Virus record (IMG/VR): IMGVR_UViG_3300038679_000199
Coordinates: 1-24,534 of that record
DNA from: a virus
Taxonomy: Duplodnaviria; Caudoviricetes
DNA: 24,534 nucleotides
Reading direction: 5' to 3' (one strand)
Shown: positions 1 to 8,721 of the stretch, piece after piece
Numbering within the stretch: position 1 is the stretch's first letter
Layout: every line of letters begins with the position of its first letter
Translations under genes and position numbers: made by a program
Notes under the pieces: model-generated
What the model was told of the DNA's origin: nothing
Databases searched by the model: none
What the model saw: only the letters and a program-made list of their open reading frames with translations

Positions 1-1
1 A

Positions 2-1129
2 AGCCCGCACGAACTCAACTGACTCCCGGTCCTGAATATTGGTTAACGTCAATGCGGGACCGGAAACATTGAAGCCGTCAACCAACACGTTATGACAACC
101 GTCCAGCCGGAATATAGCTCCGTAATGAGCCGTGAAGGTGTTGGCCGGGTCGATTGCCAAAGTCGCCCCATCCGAGACAATCTGCAACCCGGTGAACCCG
201 GTAAACGTGCCCAGGTTGGTGTATGCGGTGCCTGCTTCGAAGATAAAATATGAGCCGTTACTAAATACAATGCGCTTGCAGCCGGTGGCGGATAGAGCAT
301 TACAGGCAGCGGTGATAGCCACACCGTCATCAGTCGCCCCGTCCTTGACCGCTCCGAACCACTCGGGATAGCATTCTTTGACTTTGGCCCCCAAGGACAC
401 GGCCCCGGTGCCAGTCAAAGAAAATATTTGATAGAGCCCAGCGTCCAAAGAGCTGATGGTGAGAGATTTGGTGGTAGCAACGACAAATAGCGCTCCCGGC
501 ACCGGATGACACGGGGCGGTAATATTCAGATTATCAGTTACCGGCCAGTTTCCCGGGGTGAGCAGTAACCGGCGGCCGGAGGCATTTGCCAGGGCCACCG
601 CGGCTTGCAGGTTTACCCAGGAGGGCGCCCCGAGCTCGGCCGCCACGATGTCCCCGGAGCCATAAGTGTTGAGGCCGTTGCGGGTGGCGTAGTAAGACAC
701 CGCCGCCAGGTTGGCGGTCAGATTGGCATTGGTAACCACCACCGTGGAGTTGGGGGCAGCGTAGGTGCAGGAAACCACCGTGTTGGGCAGCAGCCCGTCG
801 GCGCCGCAGTCCGCCACCAGGCGCTTGCCGGGGGTCAGGAGGGCGGAGTAATTCCCGGCCAGGAGAAAGGTGCTGGCGTCAGAATATGTGGGCACCGCCT
901 CGATGAGGGTGAGGGAATCGACCGTGTTCCCCCAGTTGGTGATCAGGTTACTAAGGACGGTTATATCGCTGCCGACTCGTTCGATGAAGGCGTTTAACAG
1001 CAGGTGCCACTTGCCAGTGTTCAATCCCTGCTTATAACTGTCGTACACCCCTCCGAAGGTCACCAGGCTGCCCAGCCCCAGGGTCACGGTCAGGGTAATA
1101 ATCACCATAATTTTTGTGAATTTGGCCAT
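2..1129 (-). CDS. Tailspike / beta-helix depolymerase-like receptor-binding protein (partial, runs off the left edge; absent from the ORF track)
   Basis: Manual translation from ATG at 1129 (GAGGAGG upstream): MAKFTKIMVIITLTVTLGLGSLVTFGG...YPEWFGAVKDGATDDGVAITAACNA..., open to the window edge. The FGAxxDGxTDD motif typically opens pectate-lyase-like beta-helix tailspikes. Confidence 0.8.
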   Translation of the reverse strand, partial: MAKFTKIMVIITLTVTLGLGSLVTFGGVYDSYKQGLNTGKWHLLLNAFIERVGSDITVLSNLITNWGNTVDSLTLIEAVPTYSDASTFLLAGNYSALLTPGKRLVADCGADGLLPNTVVSCTYAAPNSTVVVTNANLTANLAAVSYYATRNGLNTYGSGDIVAAELGAPSWVNLQAAVALANASGRRLLLTPGNWPVTDNLNITAPCHPVPGALFVVATTKSLTISSLDAGLYQIFSLTGTGAVSLGAKVKECYPEWFGAVKDGATDDGVAITAACNALSATGCKRIVFSNGSYFIFEAGTAYTNLGTFTGFTGLQIVSDGATLAIDPANTFTAHYGAIFRLDGCHNVLVDGFNVSGPALTLTNIQDRESVEFVRA

Positions 1130-1131
1130 GG

Positions 1132-1980
1132 CTACAGATCCTCCTCGATGACGATGCTGGTTTCCGAGACGTTTAAATTTTTCTGGGTAATCTTGGGGTA
1201 GCTATCCAGGTGGGCATACATGCGGGCAAAATACGGCTCTGAGGCCTTGACCGAACTGTGCAGGGCATCAATGATAAAACTCTTTCCCAGCCCCACCTTG
1301 TTGGCCCATAAAATCAGTTGCCAATATTTATAGGCGTCGTCAAAGACCTCATAGGGAAATTCCAAAATCCGGCGGGCGGGAACGATATCGGTCCAGCGCA
1401 CCCCGCCGGGGCTGTAATTGTGTTCGGATTCGTCCCGGGCATCATGGCTGAACCCAAATTCCGGGTTGGGATAACCGTCATAGAGGCCGCAAAAGGGAAC
1501 GCCCACCTCAATATAGCCATCGGCATTGGTGGGATCCACGAAGGTGATCCGTTCGTACCGGGCATCCACCGGGTCCAGATACAGGTTTCGGATCGGGTTG
1601 GGGGTATAAAACAGCCGGTCAACCTCCAGGGGCAGGCCGCCATAGCCGTACAGCCCGTAACCGCCCTCGCCGTAGCCGATCATGGGCTCCCAGGCGTCAA
1701 AGGTGACCTCCTCCCGTTCCAAAATACTAAAATCGGCGCGATTGGAGGATTTAATCTTGATCTGACCCTTATAGGTAAGGTTGTGGTTGATCAGGGCGAT
1801 GACGGTGCAATAACGCGCCTCCCCTTTATCGATGGTCAGATATTGGTTGTGGATACCCTGACTGCGCCAGCAAATCGACCGCAGCGGGTCTTTTAAATTA
1901 CCCACAGGGAAGTTTACCGCCTCTGAGGAGGCCGTTATCAAACCATTTTCAATGTCCCGATTGTCCCAGCAGATGCGCAC
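1132..1980 (-). CDS. Phage minor tail / tail-tip protein (282 aa)
   Basis: Long ORF between the 926-aa tail protein and the tailspike. N-terminus resembles a discoidin-like beta-sandwich (ASSEAVNFPVGNLKDP..WRS). GTG start 3 nt after the upstream stop. Confidence 0.65.
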   Translation of the reverse strand: MRICWDNRDIENGLITASSEAVNFPVGNLKDPLRSICWRSQGIHNQYLTIDKGEARYCTVIALINHNLTYKGQIKIKSSNRADFSILEREEVTFDAWEPMIGYGEGGYGLYGYGGLPLEVDRLFYTPNPIRNLYLDPVDARYERITFVDPTNADGYIEVGVPFCGLYDGYPNPEFGFSHDARDESEHNYSPGGVRWTDIVPARRILEFPYEVFDDAYKYWQLILWANKVGLGKSFIIDALHSSVKASEPYFARMYAHLDSYPKITQKNLNVSETSIVIEEDL

Positions 1981-1983
1981 CGC

Positions 1984-4764
1984 TTAACCCCACAATTCCA
2001 AGGTTGATTTGTTGGCGGTGAAATCCAGATCAAGGCCGTGAATATTCAGTAATTTGCCTGCATCCAGTCCAAAATTACCCCGCCGCAGTTCGACCGGCTC
2101 GCTGATTTCTCTGGTATAGGGCTGGGTTTTCATATCCACGCTGACCGAATCCCATTCAACCTTGAACAGGGCTAGATCCTTATCGGCCACGGCCTTGGCG
2201 TCGTCCCGCTTGATTAGGCAGGTGTCCAGGGGCCCCAGGTCGGTGGCCAGAGAAAACACCTGTTTTACGTTGTCGTCCCGGGCGGAGATTTGCCTGGTCT
2301 CGTTTTTCACCCATTCCAGCCGCTCCTGGGTGATGCCGCTGGCCTGGGAGGTGGAACTGTAATTGCGGTCGTAGGTCAAGTAGACCCGGCGGTAAATTTG
2401 CTTATCCTTCTCCGAATTGCCGTGCTGCGGCCGCCCCAGAATGTTGGTGTCGTTGATGACCAAGGCCGGCGTCCCGGACGGCGGGGTCAATTCCGCCAGG
2501 CGGAACTTGCCGTCCAACGTCAGGCTATAAATGGCCGGGATACCTCCCAAGAGAGTTTTAACGATCTCCCCAAACTCGGTGGGGGAATCCACTCCCAATC
2601 CCGCCTGAAAGGGGAAAACCGCATTAAAAGCCGTGATCGCGTCCGCATCAAAATCCTCGGCCGTCCACTCGAGTAATACCATGGCCCCGGCCCGGATCAT
2701 TTCCCCGATCAGATCGGTGTAGGCGCCGGTAGCCGGGGACTCAAACCCTTCGCCATCAACCGTCACCTCCGTGGTGTCCTCCACGGCCCGCAGGTTCAAA
2801 AGGGACATAAGGATAAAGCTCCATTTGTCGCTCACATAAAAGTCCTGGCCAGTCTGGGTAAAAAACTGAATTGACACCCCATCTTCAAGCGGAATAGGGA
2901 TTTCCTTGAAGGTGAAAGTCCAGAGGTCATCTTTCACGAAGGCCGGAATATAATAGGGAATATTTTTCCAAATATCTCCAACATCATATTCGTTAGCAGG
3001 CCCCCCGGGTGAAGTAAATTGCACGCTTAAGCCGCTGAACAGTTCTATCGGATTGGTATCTGGAATTTGTAAGCCTGAGGTATAACCTCCACCGTCATAA
3101 TTCCACCTGAACCGCACATTGCCGCCCACGTTTCCTTCTAAAATTATTTCCACTAGAAGTTTGGCAGCATCCAGCCCCGGGTCGATAGAAGCGATGCCCA
3201 TAACGCCAAGGGCCGCGGCCGCGGGAACCCACTGCGGGTCGTCATACCAGACGCCGATGCCGGAAAAGGCGATGCTCAAGCCTCGGTTCAAGACTACGGG
3301 CGTATTTTCAATGGCAGGAATGTCAACCGCCGAGGTGCTGCCCCCGGTATCCCCGGCGTCGTAATCGTCGGTGCCACCAATGCCTGGGGCGGTGAACTGG
3401 ATGGAATATCCAGAAAATAACTCAATGGGGGAGGTGTTGGGAATCTGGTTATCCGTGTTCCAGGTGGCGCCGCCATCACGGGACCACTTGAAACGGACGG
3501 CCCCGCCGACGTTGCCGCCGGTGGTAATTTCCACCAGGACTGTGTCGCCCGGATTATGGGCGGCCACGGACATAACCCCAGGGGCGGCGGCGGCGGGCGT
3601 CCAGGTGCAAACGTCATCCGGTTTCCAGGTAACTCCGCCGTCATCCGACCAGATAAACTGCGGCGGGATTGCGTCCCCAATGTCACCCTGCCGGGTGATT
3701 TTTACTTTGTAGAAAAGCTTGCAGTCGCCGGTATAATCCCCGCTCACGGTCAAGGTGGCAGTGCCCACCGCCGGGGATTTGGCCAGGGTGGTGGCATCAT
3801 AAGCCAGCTTCCAGGTAAGCAGGTCCTCGCCCAGCCAGGTGGCGCCGCCGTCCATTGACCACCGGAATCTGGCCAGCCCCACCTCAGACCCGGAATTGCC
3901 CTGGCTGTTGGGCGCGGTAATGGACTCGATATCAATCAGCCACTTACCGCGCCGCAGCCCCCCGGTATAGGGGCCGAAGGCCTCCATAGTGGCCGAGCCC
4001 TCAACAATATCTTCCGTCACCGGCGAGACGCCTTTCTGGACAAACTCCCAGTTGCCCGGGGCGGCGGTGGGCGCATTATTGAGATACACCGCCGGCAAGG
4101 CATTTAATACGTGGCAGGCCAGGCCATATTGGTAGGGGAACGAGCCGCCCCCTGAGTTGCTGATCAACACCGGTTTATAATTTTGGACATACCCCATGAT
4201 AAGCCAGACGGCCTTATTCCAGTTGGATTCCACCACCGCGGCACTGGCCGGCAGTTCGTAATCCGGGTATTTTTGGGTGAAGTCGGCGCTTTTATCCACC
4301 ACGGTCAGGGTGGAAAGCAGGTCGTCATGGAACAGGTTGGAACAGCGGCCGGAGAAAATCACCCTGAAATCCGCATAATCCCAGGCCGGATCACCCAGGC
4401 GGATCGTCACCGGCTGCCCCCAGGCGGTGTAGGCGCCGGACAGCAGGGTGCTCCAGCTTAAGGACCTGGCCAGGTCGGGTTTGTAATCAGGCTTGGTGTA
4501 AAGCTCCAGTTCCCCCCAGGAAGGCATCCGGTCGGGCTGCAGGATGCTGCCGGCTGTCCGGGCGAGGCGGGGGATGCCCTTGACGCAGGAGGCATAGGGC
4601 TTGTCCACCACGATGCCCCGGCGCCGGGCGGCGTCCGGGTAGGGGTGGGTGGACAGATACAGGGTAACCGTGGACAGGTCTGCCTTTTTGAGAAAGGTCA
4701 GCTCTACCAGGTAACACCGGGTAGCTCGCACCTGATTGGTCCAGGCCTCGAAATCCACGCTCAT
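1984..4764 (-). CDS. Tail tip / hub protein with nested repeated beta-domains (926 aa)
   Basis: Directly follows the tape measure gene (ATGA overlap). Four FxWxxDGG motifs in a central insertion. Confidence 0.7.
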   Translation of the reverse strand: MSVDFEAWTNQVRATRCYLVELTFLKKADLSTVTLYLSTHPYPDAARRRGIVVDKPYASCVKGIPRLARTAGSILQPDRMPSWGELELYTKPDYKPDLARSLSWSTLLSGAYTAWGQPVTIRLGDPAWDYADFRVIFSGRCSNLFHDDLLSTLTVVDKSADFTQKYPDYELPASAAVVESNWNKAVWLIMGYVQNYKPVLISNSGGGSFPYQYGLACHVLNALPAVYLNNAPTAAPGNWEFVQKGVSPVTEDIVEGSATMEAFGPYTGGLRRGKWLIDIESITAPNSQGNSGSEVGLARFRWSMDGGATWLGEDLLTWKLAYDATTLAKSPAVGTATLTVSGDYTGDCKLFYKVKITRQGDIGDAIPPQFIWSDDGGVTWKPDDVCTWTPAAAAPGVMSVAAHNPGDTVLVEITTGGNVGGAVRFKWSRDGGATWNTDNQIPNTSPIELFSGYSIQFTAPGIGGTDDYDAGDTGGSTSAVDIPAIENTPVVLNRGLSIAFSGIGVWYDDPQWVPAAAALGVMGIASIDPGLDAAKLLVEIILEGNVGGNVRFRWNYDGGGYTSGLQIPDTNPIELFSGLSVQFTSPGGPANEYDVGDIWKNIPYYIPAFVKDDLWTFTFKEIPIPLEDGVSIQFFTQTGQDFYVSDKWSFILMSLLNLRAVEDTTEVTVDGEGFESPATGAYTDLIGEMIRAGAMVLLEWTAEDFDADAITAFNAVFPFQAGLGVDSPTEFGEIVKTLLGGIPAIYSLTLDGKFRLAELTPPSGTPALVINDTNILGRPQHGNSEKDKQIYRRVYLTYDRNYSSTSQASGITQERLEWVKNETRQISARDDNVKQVFSLATDLGPLDTCLIKRDDAKAVADKDLALFKVEWDSVSVDMKTQPYTREISEPVELRRGNFGLDAGKLLNIHGLDLDFTANKSTLELWG

Positions 4765-7700
4765 CGTTTGCCGATCCTGATCTTGCCTTTGCTGATGCCC
4801 TTGTTGGTCATGCGCCAGATGTCGTCTTCCCGGTATATCTCCCCGGAGGGTAATTTGATAAAGAGATTGAGATGCGGCCGGGGAGCCGGGGCCGGGGGAG
4901 CCGGGGCATTGACGGAGGCGGGGGCGGCGGGGCCTCCGCGGCGGCGGATAAGGCTGGGCCCCACTACATCATAATTGCCCTGATTGAGGTCGTCGAACCA
5001 GCCCCGAGAGAGGCCGGCCATGCCCCGGCGGGAGAGCATGCCCTCGCCGGTCTGGCCGATGATCAGGCGCTCGTCGTCCTTGAGATTGATGCCGCTATGG
5101 GCGTAGACCGCCGGGAGCACGGGGCCGCCGCCGTGCATGATCTGGCCGCCAGTGTGGAAAAAACCCAAAACAGTATCTGCGATGCCCCCTACGATCCCTC
5201 CAATAGTGCCAAAAATGCCGCCGCCACCACCGCCGCTGACGGCACTAATCAACCCGCTAATAGCCTCTCCAAACATGCCTCCCCAAGTACCAGACGTGCT
5301 TTCTAAAGCCCCAACAGCAGAAGTAAACATTCCACCATAGGTGCCTGAGTTCATAAGAAGGTTAGCGTTGGAATTACCAAACATGCCTCCCCAATATGTT
5401 GAAGTATTCATAAGCTCATTTGAACCACTAGTAAAAACTGAATCGAAGCCGTTAATGATACCGTTCCACATACCAGTTATTTTATTGGCTTCCTCTCCTC
5501 CGGAACCGCCGCCGCCGAATAACCCGCCAAGAATGCCGCTTATGCCGCCTTGCCCCATAGTCCCCTTGCTGACATCCAGCACATACAGGGGCCTGGCTGG
5601 CGAAGTCCCGGGCTGACCAACTGCTGATGAACCTAAAACTAATTTTGCCCCCTCCGTAAACAGCTTGTGAATCCCCTGCTTACCTAAATTCAATATTGCG
5701 GATAAGGCGAAGGTCTTTCCCAGTTCGACAACGTCAATTTTTGTTTTACTCAAGGCCCCCTGGACGCCCTGGGTCCAGGCGTCGCTAACGAAGCCCTCCA
5801 GGCCCTCCATCGCATCGGCCCAGGTATTTTTCTGACTCTCAGATTTCACCCGGTTATAGGCCCAACCCGTCAGACCTTTGTTGTTCTCCAGCTCGAAGTT
5901 GAGGCGCTTTTGCTGGGCTAACAGGGCCTGATTGGCTAAATAGCGGTCCCGCTCTTCGCTGGTGATCTTTTTGGCAACGGTTAATTGCTCCAACTGCACG
6001 GCCAGTTGGTAACGCTGGATCTCGATTTCCCGGCTGAGGGCTTCCCGGCGCAGACCGACCTGGTCGGTGAGGTCGACCGCCAGCCCCGCCGCCTGGTCGT
6101 AAAAGGACTTTTCCAACTCCAGGCGTTCGGTATGATTCTTGACGTCCAGTTCCCAAATCTTCCGGGCCTTGATGGCGGCGAACTCCGTCTCGGCCCCGGC
6201 AATGCCCTGGTATTTGGTCAGCCAGTTAGTGGCCTGGGCCTCAATGCCGGCATAGGCGTTGCCGCTCTCTTTGGCCACCAAGGTATAAAAATCCGTCTCG
6301 ATCTTGGTGCGCTTGGAGTTGTAGGCGGCTTCCTTGGCCTGGCGGGCCTCCAAACTGACCCCCACCTTGGCTTCGAGCCGGTCCAGGTCTATGGATTCCT
6401 TGGCGTACCACTCATTCAGGGCGGCCATGCCCTCGCCGCTGGCCTTGGCGGTCTCGAATCTCATCCGCTGGACAAAATTTTCTAAGGAGCGCTCGGCGGC
6501 CTCCAGCCCTTTGCCAGCTCCGCCGCCGCCGCCCCCGCCGGTGCCACCCGGAAGGCGGACTTTGGGGGTGTACGGGGATCCGGAAGTTCCATCGGCATAA
6601 GATTGGCGCAGGCCTTCTCCGGCCGTTTCATAGCCTTCAAACTCATTTTGTGCCCTGGCAAGTCCTCGGGCGACTTCCCCTTCATTGCCGCGTTGACCAG
6701 CCGCAGCAAATCCCGTAGCTCCCCCCACCACGGCGCCCCACGGCCCTAAACGACTGCCGGCGGCTGCACCCCATAGCATCCCGACAAGGGGATTTTCCGA
6801 AGCCGCTTTAAGCTGTCTAACAAATTCCGCCATGCCCTTGGCGGCAGAAAACGCCCCGCCGGCGATGGCCCCTACCCCTGAAGCGATGGAACCAACGTCT
6901 TTAATAATCTGGTCAGAGTTAGATAGAACATAGTCATACGCCTCATAAATTTTATCCCTGACGCCTGACCAGGCCCGACTTAAGGCAGCCGCCGCAGCTT
7001 CACCGTCCCGGGTCAATTTGCCATTATCTACCAGCCTATTCCCCAGTTCCGTCGCCATGCCTACTACATCTTTGTGGGCGTCGCCGAAGGCCTTTATCTG
7101 GACTATGTCCCAAGCCGACCTCAGGGAAGCCCCCACCGCGTCCCAGGTGCCCATAATATCTTTGGTGTATTGGTCAATCTGCGGCAGGATGCGGCCTAAA
7201 TATTCCCAGGCCCTGCCGGTTTCCCGCGCACTGGCAATGTTTTTCTTAAATTCCGGGTCAATCTGAGTCAGGATTTTGGACGTCTGTGCCCCAAGCCGGT
7301 TAACGCCTTCCATCATGGCTTCAATTTCACCGCGCACCTGCTCTTGCAGCGAGGCATGGGTAGGAATTACCCCTTTCATCAAATCCGTCAGCCGCCCAAC
7401 GACCTCCATTTCTTCCCGGGTTTTGGCCACCACGCCCTTTTTTTCCATTTCCAGGGCCACGGCGAAGATTTCACCCGAGGAGGCCGCCGACTGCTTGTCG
7501 ACCCGGATGGACTCCGCATACAGCCACTTATGAAAATCCTTCCATTGGGAATAGGATTTGGACAGGTCCGGGGCCGGGACGTCCGACATGGTGGCCATGA
7601 TATACGAGGTGCCGACGATCTTCTTTTGAAACTCATCCACCGCGGCGATGCCCCCGGAGATCAGGGAAAACCAGGCGCCGTAAGCCCGCTGCGCCGCGTA

Positions 7701-7937
7701 AGCCGCACCCGCCACCGACAGGGTGACCCCCACCACGGACAGCAACTGCGTGGCATAACTACCCGCCTTCTCCGTGGCGCTCGTCCATCCTGCAGCATGC
7801 TGTTTGGCGGCTTTTTCCCCCGCGCCCCCCAGCCCCTCCACGGCCTGGCGGGTCTGCGCCAGGCTGGCGTTGACCTTGGCCATGCCGGAGGAGATTTCGT
7901 CCCGGAGAGCGAGTATAAGTTCGGCGCGGTTATTCAT
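4761..7937 (-). CDS. Tail tape measure protein (1058 aa)
   Basis: Largest ORF, Ala/Gly-rich and helical, N-terminal ELILALRDEISSG motif, C-terminal FHTGG motif, located after the tail chaperones. Confidence 0.88.
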   Translation of the reverse strand: MNNRAELILALRDEISSGMAKVNASLAQTRQAVEGLGGAGEKAAKQHAAGWTSATEKAGSYATQLLSVVGVTLSVAGAAYAAQRAYGAWFSLISGGIAAVDEFQKKIVGTSYIMATMSDVPAPDLSKSYSQWKDFHKWLYAESIRVDKQSAASSGEIFAVALEMEKKGVVAKTREEMEVVGRLTDLMKGVIPTHASLQEQVRGEIEAMMEGVNRLGAQTSKILTQIDPEFKKNIASARETGRAWEYLGRILPQIDQYTKDIMGTWDAVGASLRSAWDIVQIKAFGDAHKDVVGMATELGNRLVDNGKLTRDGEAAAAALSRAWSGVRDKIYEAYDYVLSNSDQIIKDVGSIASGVGAIAGGAFSAAKGMAEFVRQLKAASENPLVGMLWGAAAGSRLGPWGAVVGGATGFAAAGQRGNEGEVARGLARAQNEFEGYETAGEGLRQSYADGTSGSPYTPKVRLPGGTGGGGGGGAGKGLEAAERSLENFVQRMRFETAKASGEGMAALNEWYAKESIDLDRLEAKVGVSLEARQAKEAAYNSKRTKIETDFYTLVAKESGNAYAGIEAQATNWLTKYQGIAGAETEFAAIKARKIWELDVKNHTERLELEKSFYDQAAGLAVDLTDQVGLRREALSREIEIQRYQLAVQLEQLTVAKKITSEERDRYLANQALLAQQKRLNFELENNKGLTGWAYNRVKSESQKNTWADAMEGLEGFVSDAWTQGVQGALSKTKIDVVELGKTFALSAILNLGKQGIHKLFTEGAKLVLGSSAVGQPGTSPARPLYVLDVSKGTMGQGGISGILGGLFGGGGSGGEEANKITGMWNGIINGFDSVFTSGSNELMNTSTYWGGMFGNSNANLLMNSGTYGGMFTSAVGALESTSGTWGGMFGEAISGLISAVSGGGGGGIFGTIGGIVGGIADTVLGFFHTGGQIMHGGGPVLPAVYAHSGINLKDDERLIIGQTGEGMLSRRGMAGLSRGWFDDLNQGNYDVVGPSLIRRRGGPAAPASVNAPAPPAPAPRPHLNLFIKLPSGEIYREDDIWRMTNKGISKGKIRIGKR

Positions 7938-8068
7938 GGGAACCGTTTTTCGTTTTTCGTTAAAAGTATAAAATCACCGCTATTTAGGGATGATGTCCCA
8001 CTTTCCGGGTCCGCGGAGGCCTCCGTTTAAGAACGATCGGAGCTGAGTCATCCCACTTTGCCTTTTTT

Positions 8069-8101
8069 ACTGACCACTGGCTACTGACTACTGACTACTG
8101 A
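8069..8101. repeat. Heptamer tandem repeat (ACTGACT-like x4.7)
   Basis: actgacc actggct actgact actgact actga. Confidence 0.85.
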
Positions 8102-8407
8102 TCTTTCGCCCTGGATAATGCTGAAGGCTCGCAGGTCGATTTCGTACTGGTTATTGAGGCCGCCCGCTTCCGGGAGAATACCGGCCTCGATGTAGTTGCA
8201 CTCCTCGATCCAGGTGAGGCTTTGGGATGTGACCCGGCCCACCAGACAATGCCGGATCACCTCGTCTCCCATCTCAAACAAAATGTGGGGGTGCTCCAAA
8301 CTCAATTCCGGGCACCCCCGGTTCTGCTGTAATCCGTCCTGGCGGCAGGCCCGGCAGTCATGGAAGCCGTCGTCTTCCAACAGCCCTACCGCTAACCGGA
8401 GTTTTTT
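8081..8407 (-). CDS. Tail assembly chaperone, frameshifted C-terminal part (gpGT-like)
   Basis: The -1 frame from the slippery site at 8401-8407 reads KKLRLAVGLLEDDGFHDCRAC..., continuous with ORF 8081..8380, which has only a TTG start. Confidence 0.75.
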   Translation of the reverse strand, partial: KKLRLAVGLLEDDGFHDCRACRQDGLQQNRGCPELSLEHPHILFEMGDEVIRHCLVGRVTSQSLTWIEECNYIEAGILPEAGGLNNQYEIDLRAFSIIQGERSVVSSQ

Positions 8408-8670
8408 GTTTGGTCCTCCGTGGGGTAGGTCATGGCCAAGACCTCCCGGTGCATCGTCAGGATCTCGCTCTCCTCAAGCTCGTCGAGCTTCTCCATGAAG
8501 GTCTCGGGCAGGATGACGGCCAGGACTGCGGCGGTATGATCCTCCAGATTTTCCAAAGGGATATTCCCGCCAACGTTGTATTTGGCGGCCCGCAACTTCT
8601 TGATCTCGCCCCGCTTCAGACCCCGCAGGGTAACCATGCCCTGCGAGGTTTCAAATTCTTTGGTGACCAT
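8392..8670 (-). CDS. Tail assembly chaperone (lambda gpG-like, 92 aa)
   Basis: Small acidic ORF between tail tube and tape measure, ending ...QTKNSG with a slippery heptamer. Confidence 0.8.
   Translation of the reverse strand: MVTKEFETSQGMVTLRGLKRGEIKKLRAAKYNVGGNIPLENLEDHTAAVLAVILPETFMEKLDELEESEILTMHREVLAMTYPTEDQTKNSG
8401..8407 (-). promoter_or_regulatory. -1 programmed ribosomal frameshift site A AAA AAC
   Basis: X XXY YYZ heptamer in the correct phase (ACA AAA AAC TCC GGT TAG). The -1 frame joins the downstream ORF. Confidence 0.8.
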
Positions 8671-8721
8671 ATATGTTTCCCCTTTCTGACGTTCCAGGCG
8701 TCCAGTGGCGCCTTATAAAAA

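Noticed and set aside
7987-8054. Hammerhead ribozyme, fluoride riboswitch or tRNA
   Set aside because: The conserved cores (CUGAUGA with GAAA, fluoride consensus, T-loop/cloverleaf) are not matched on either strand. Kept only as an unassigned structure.
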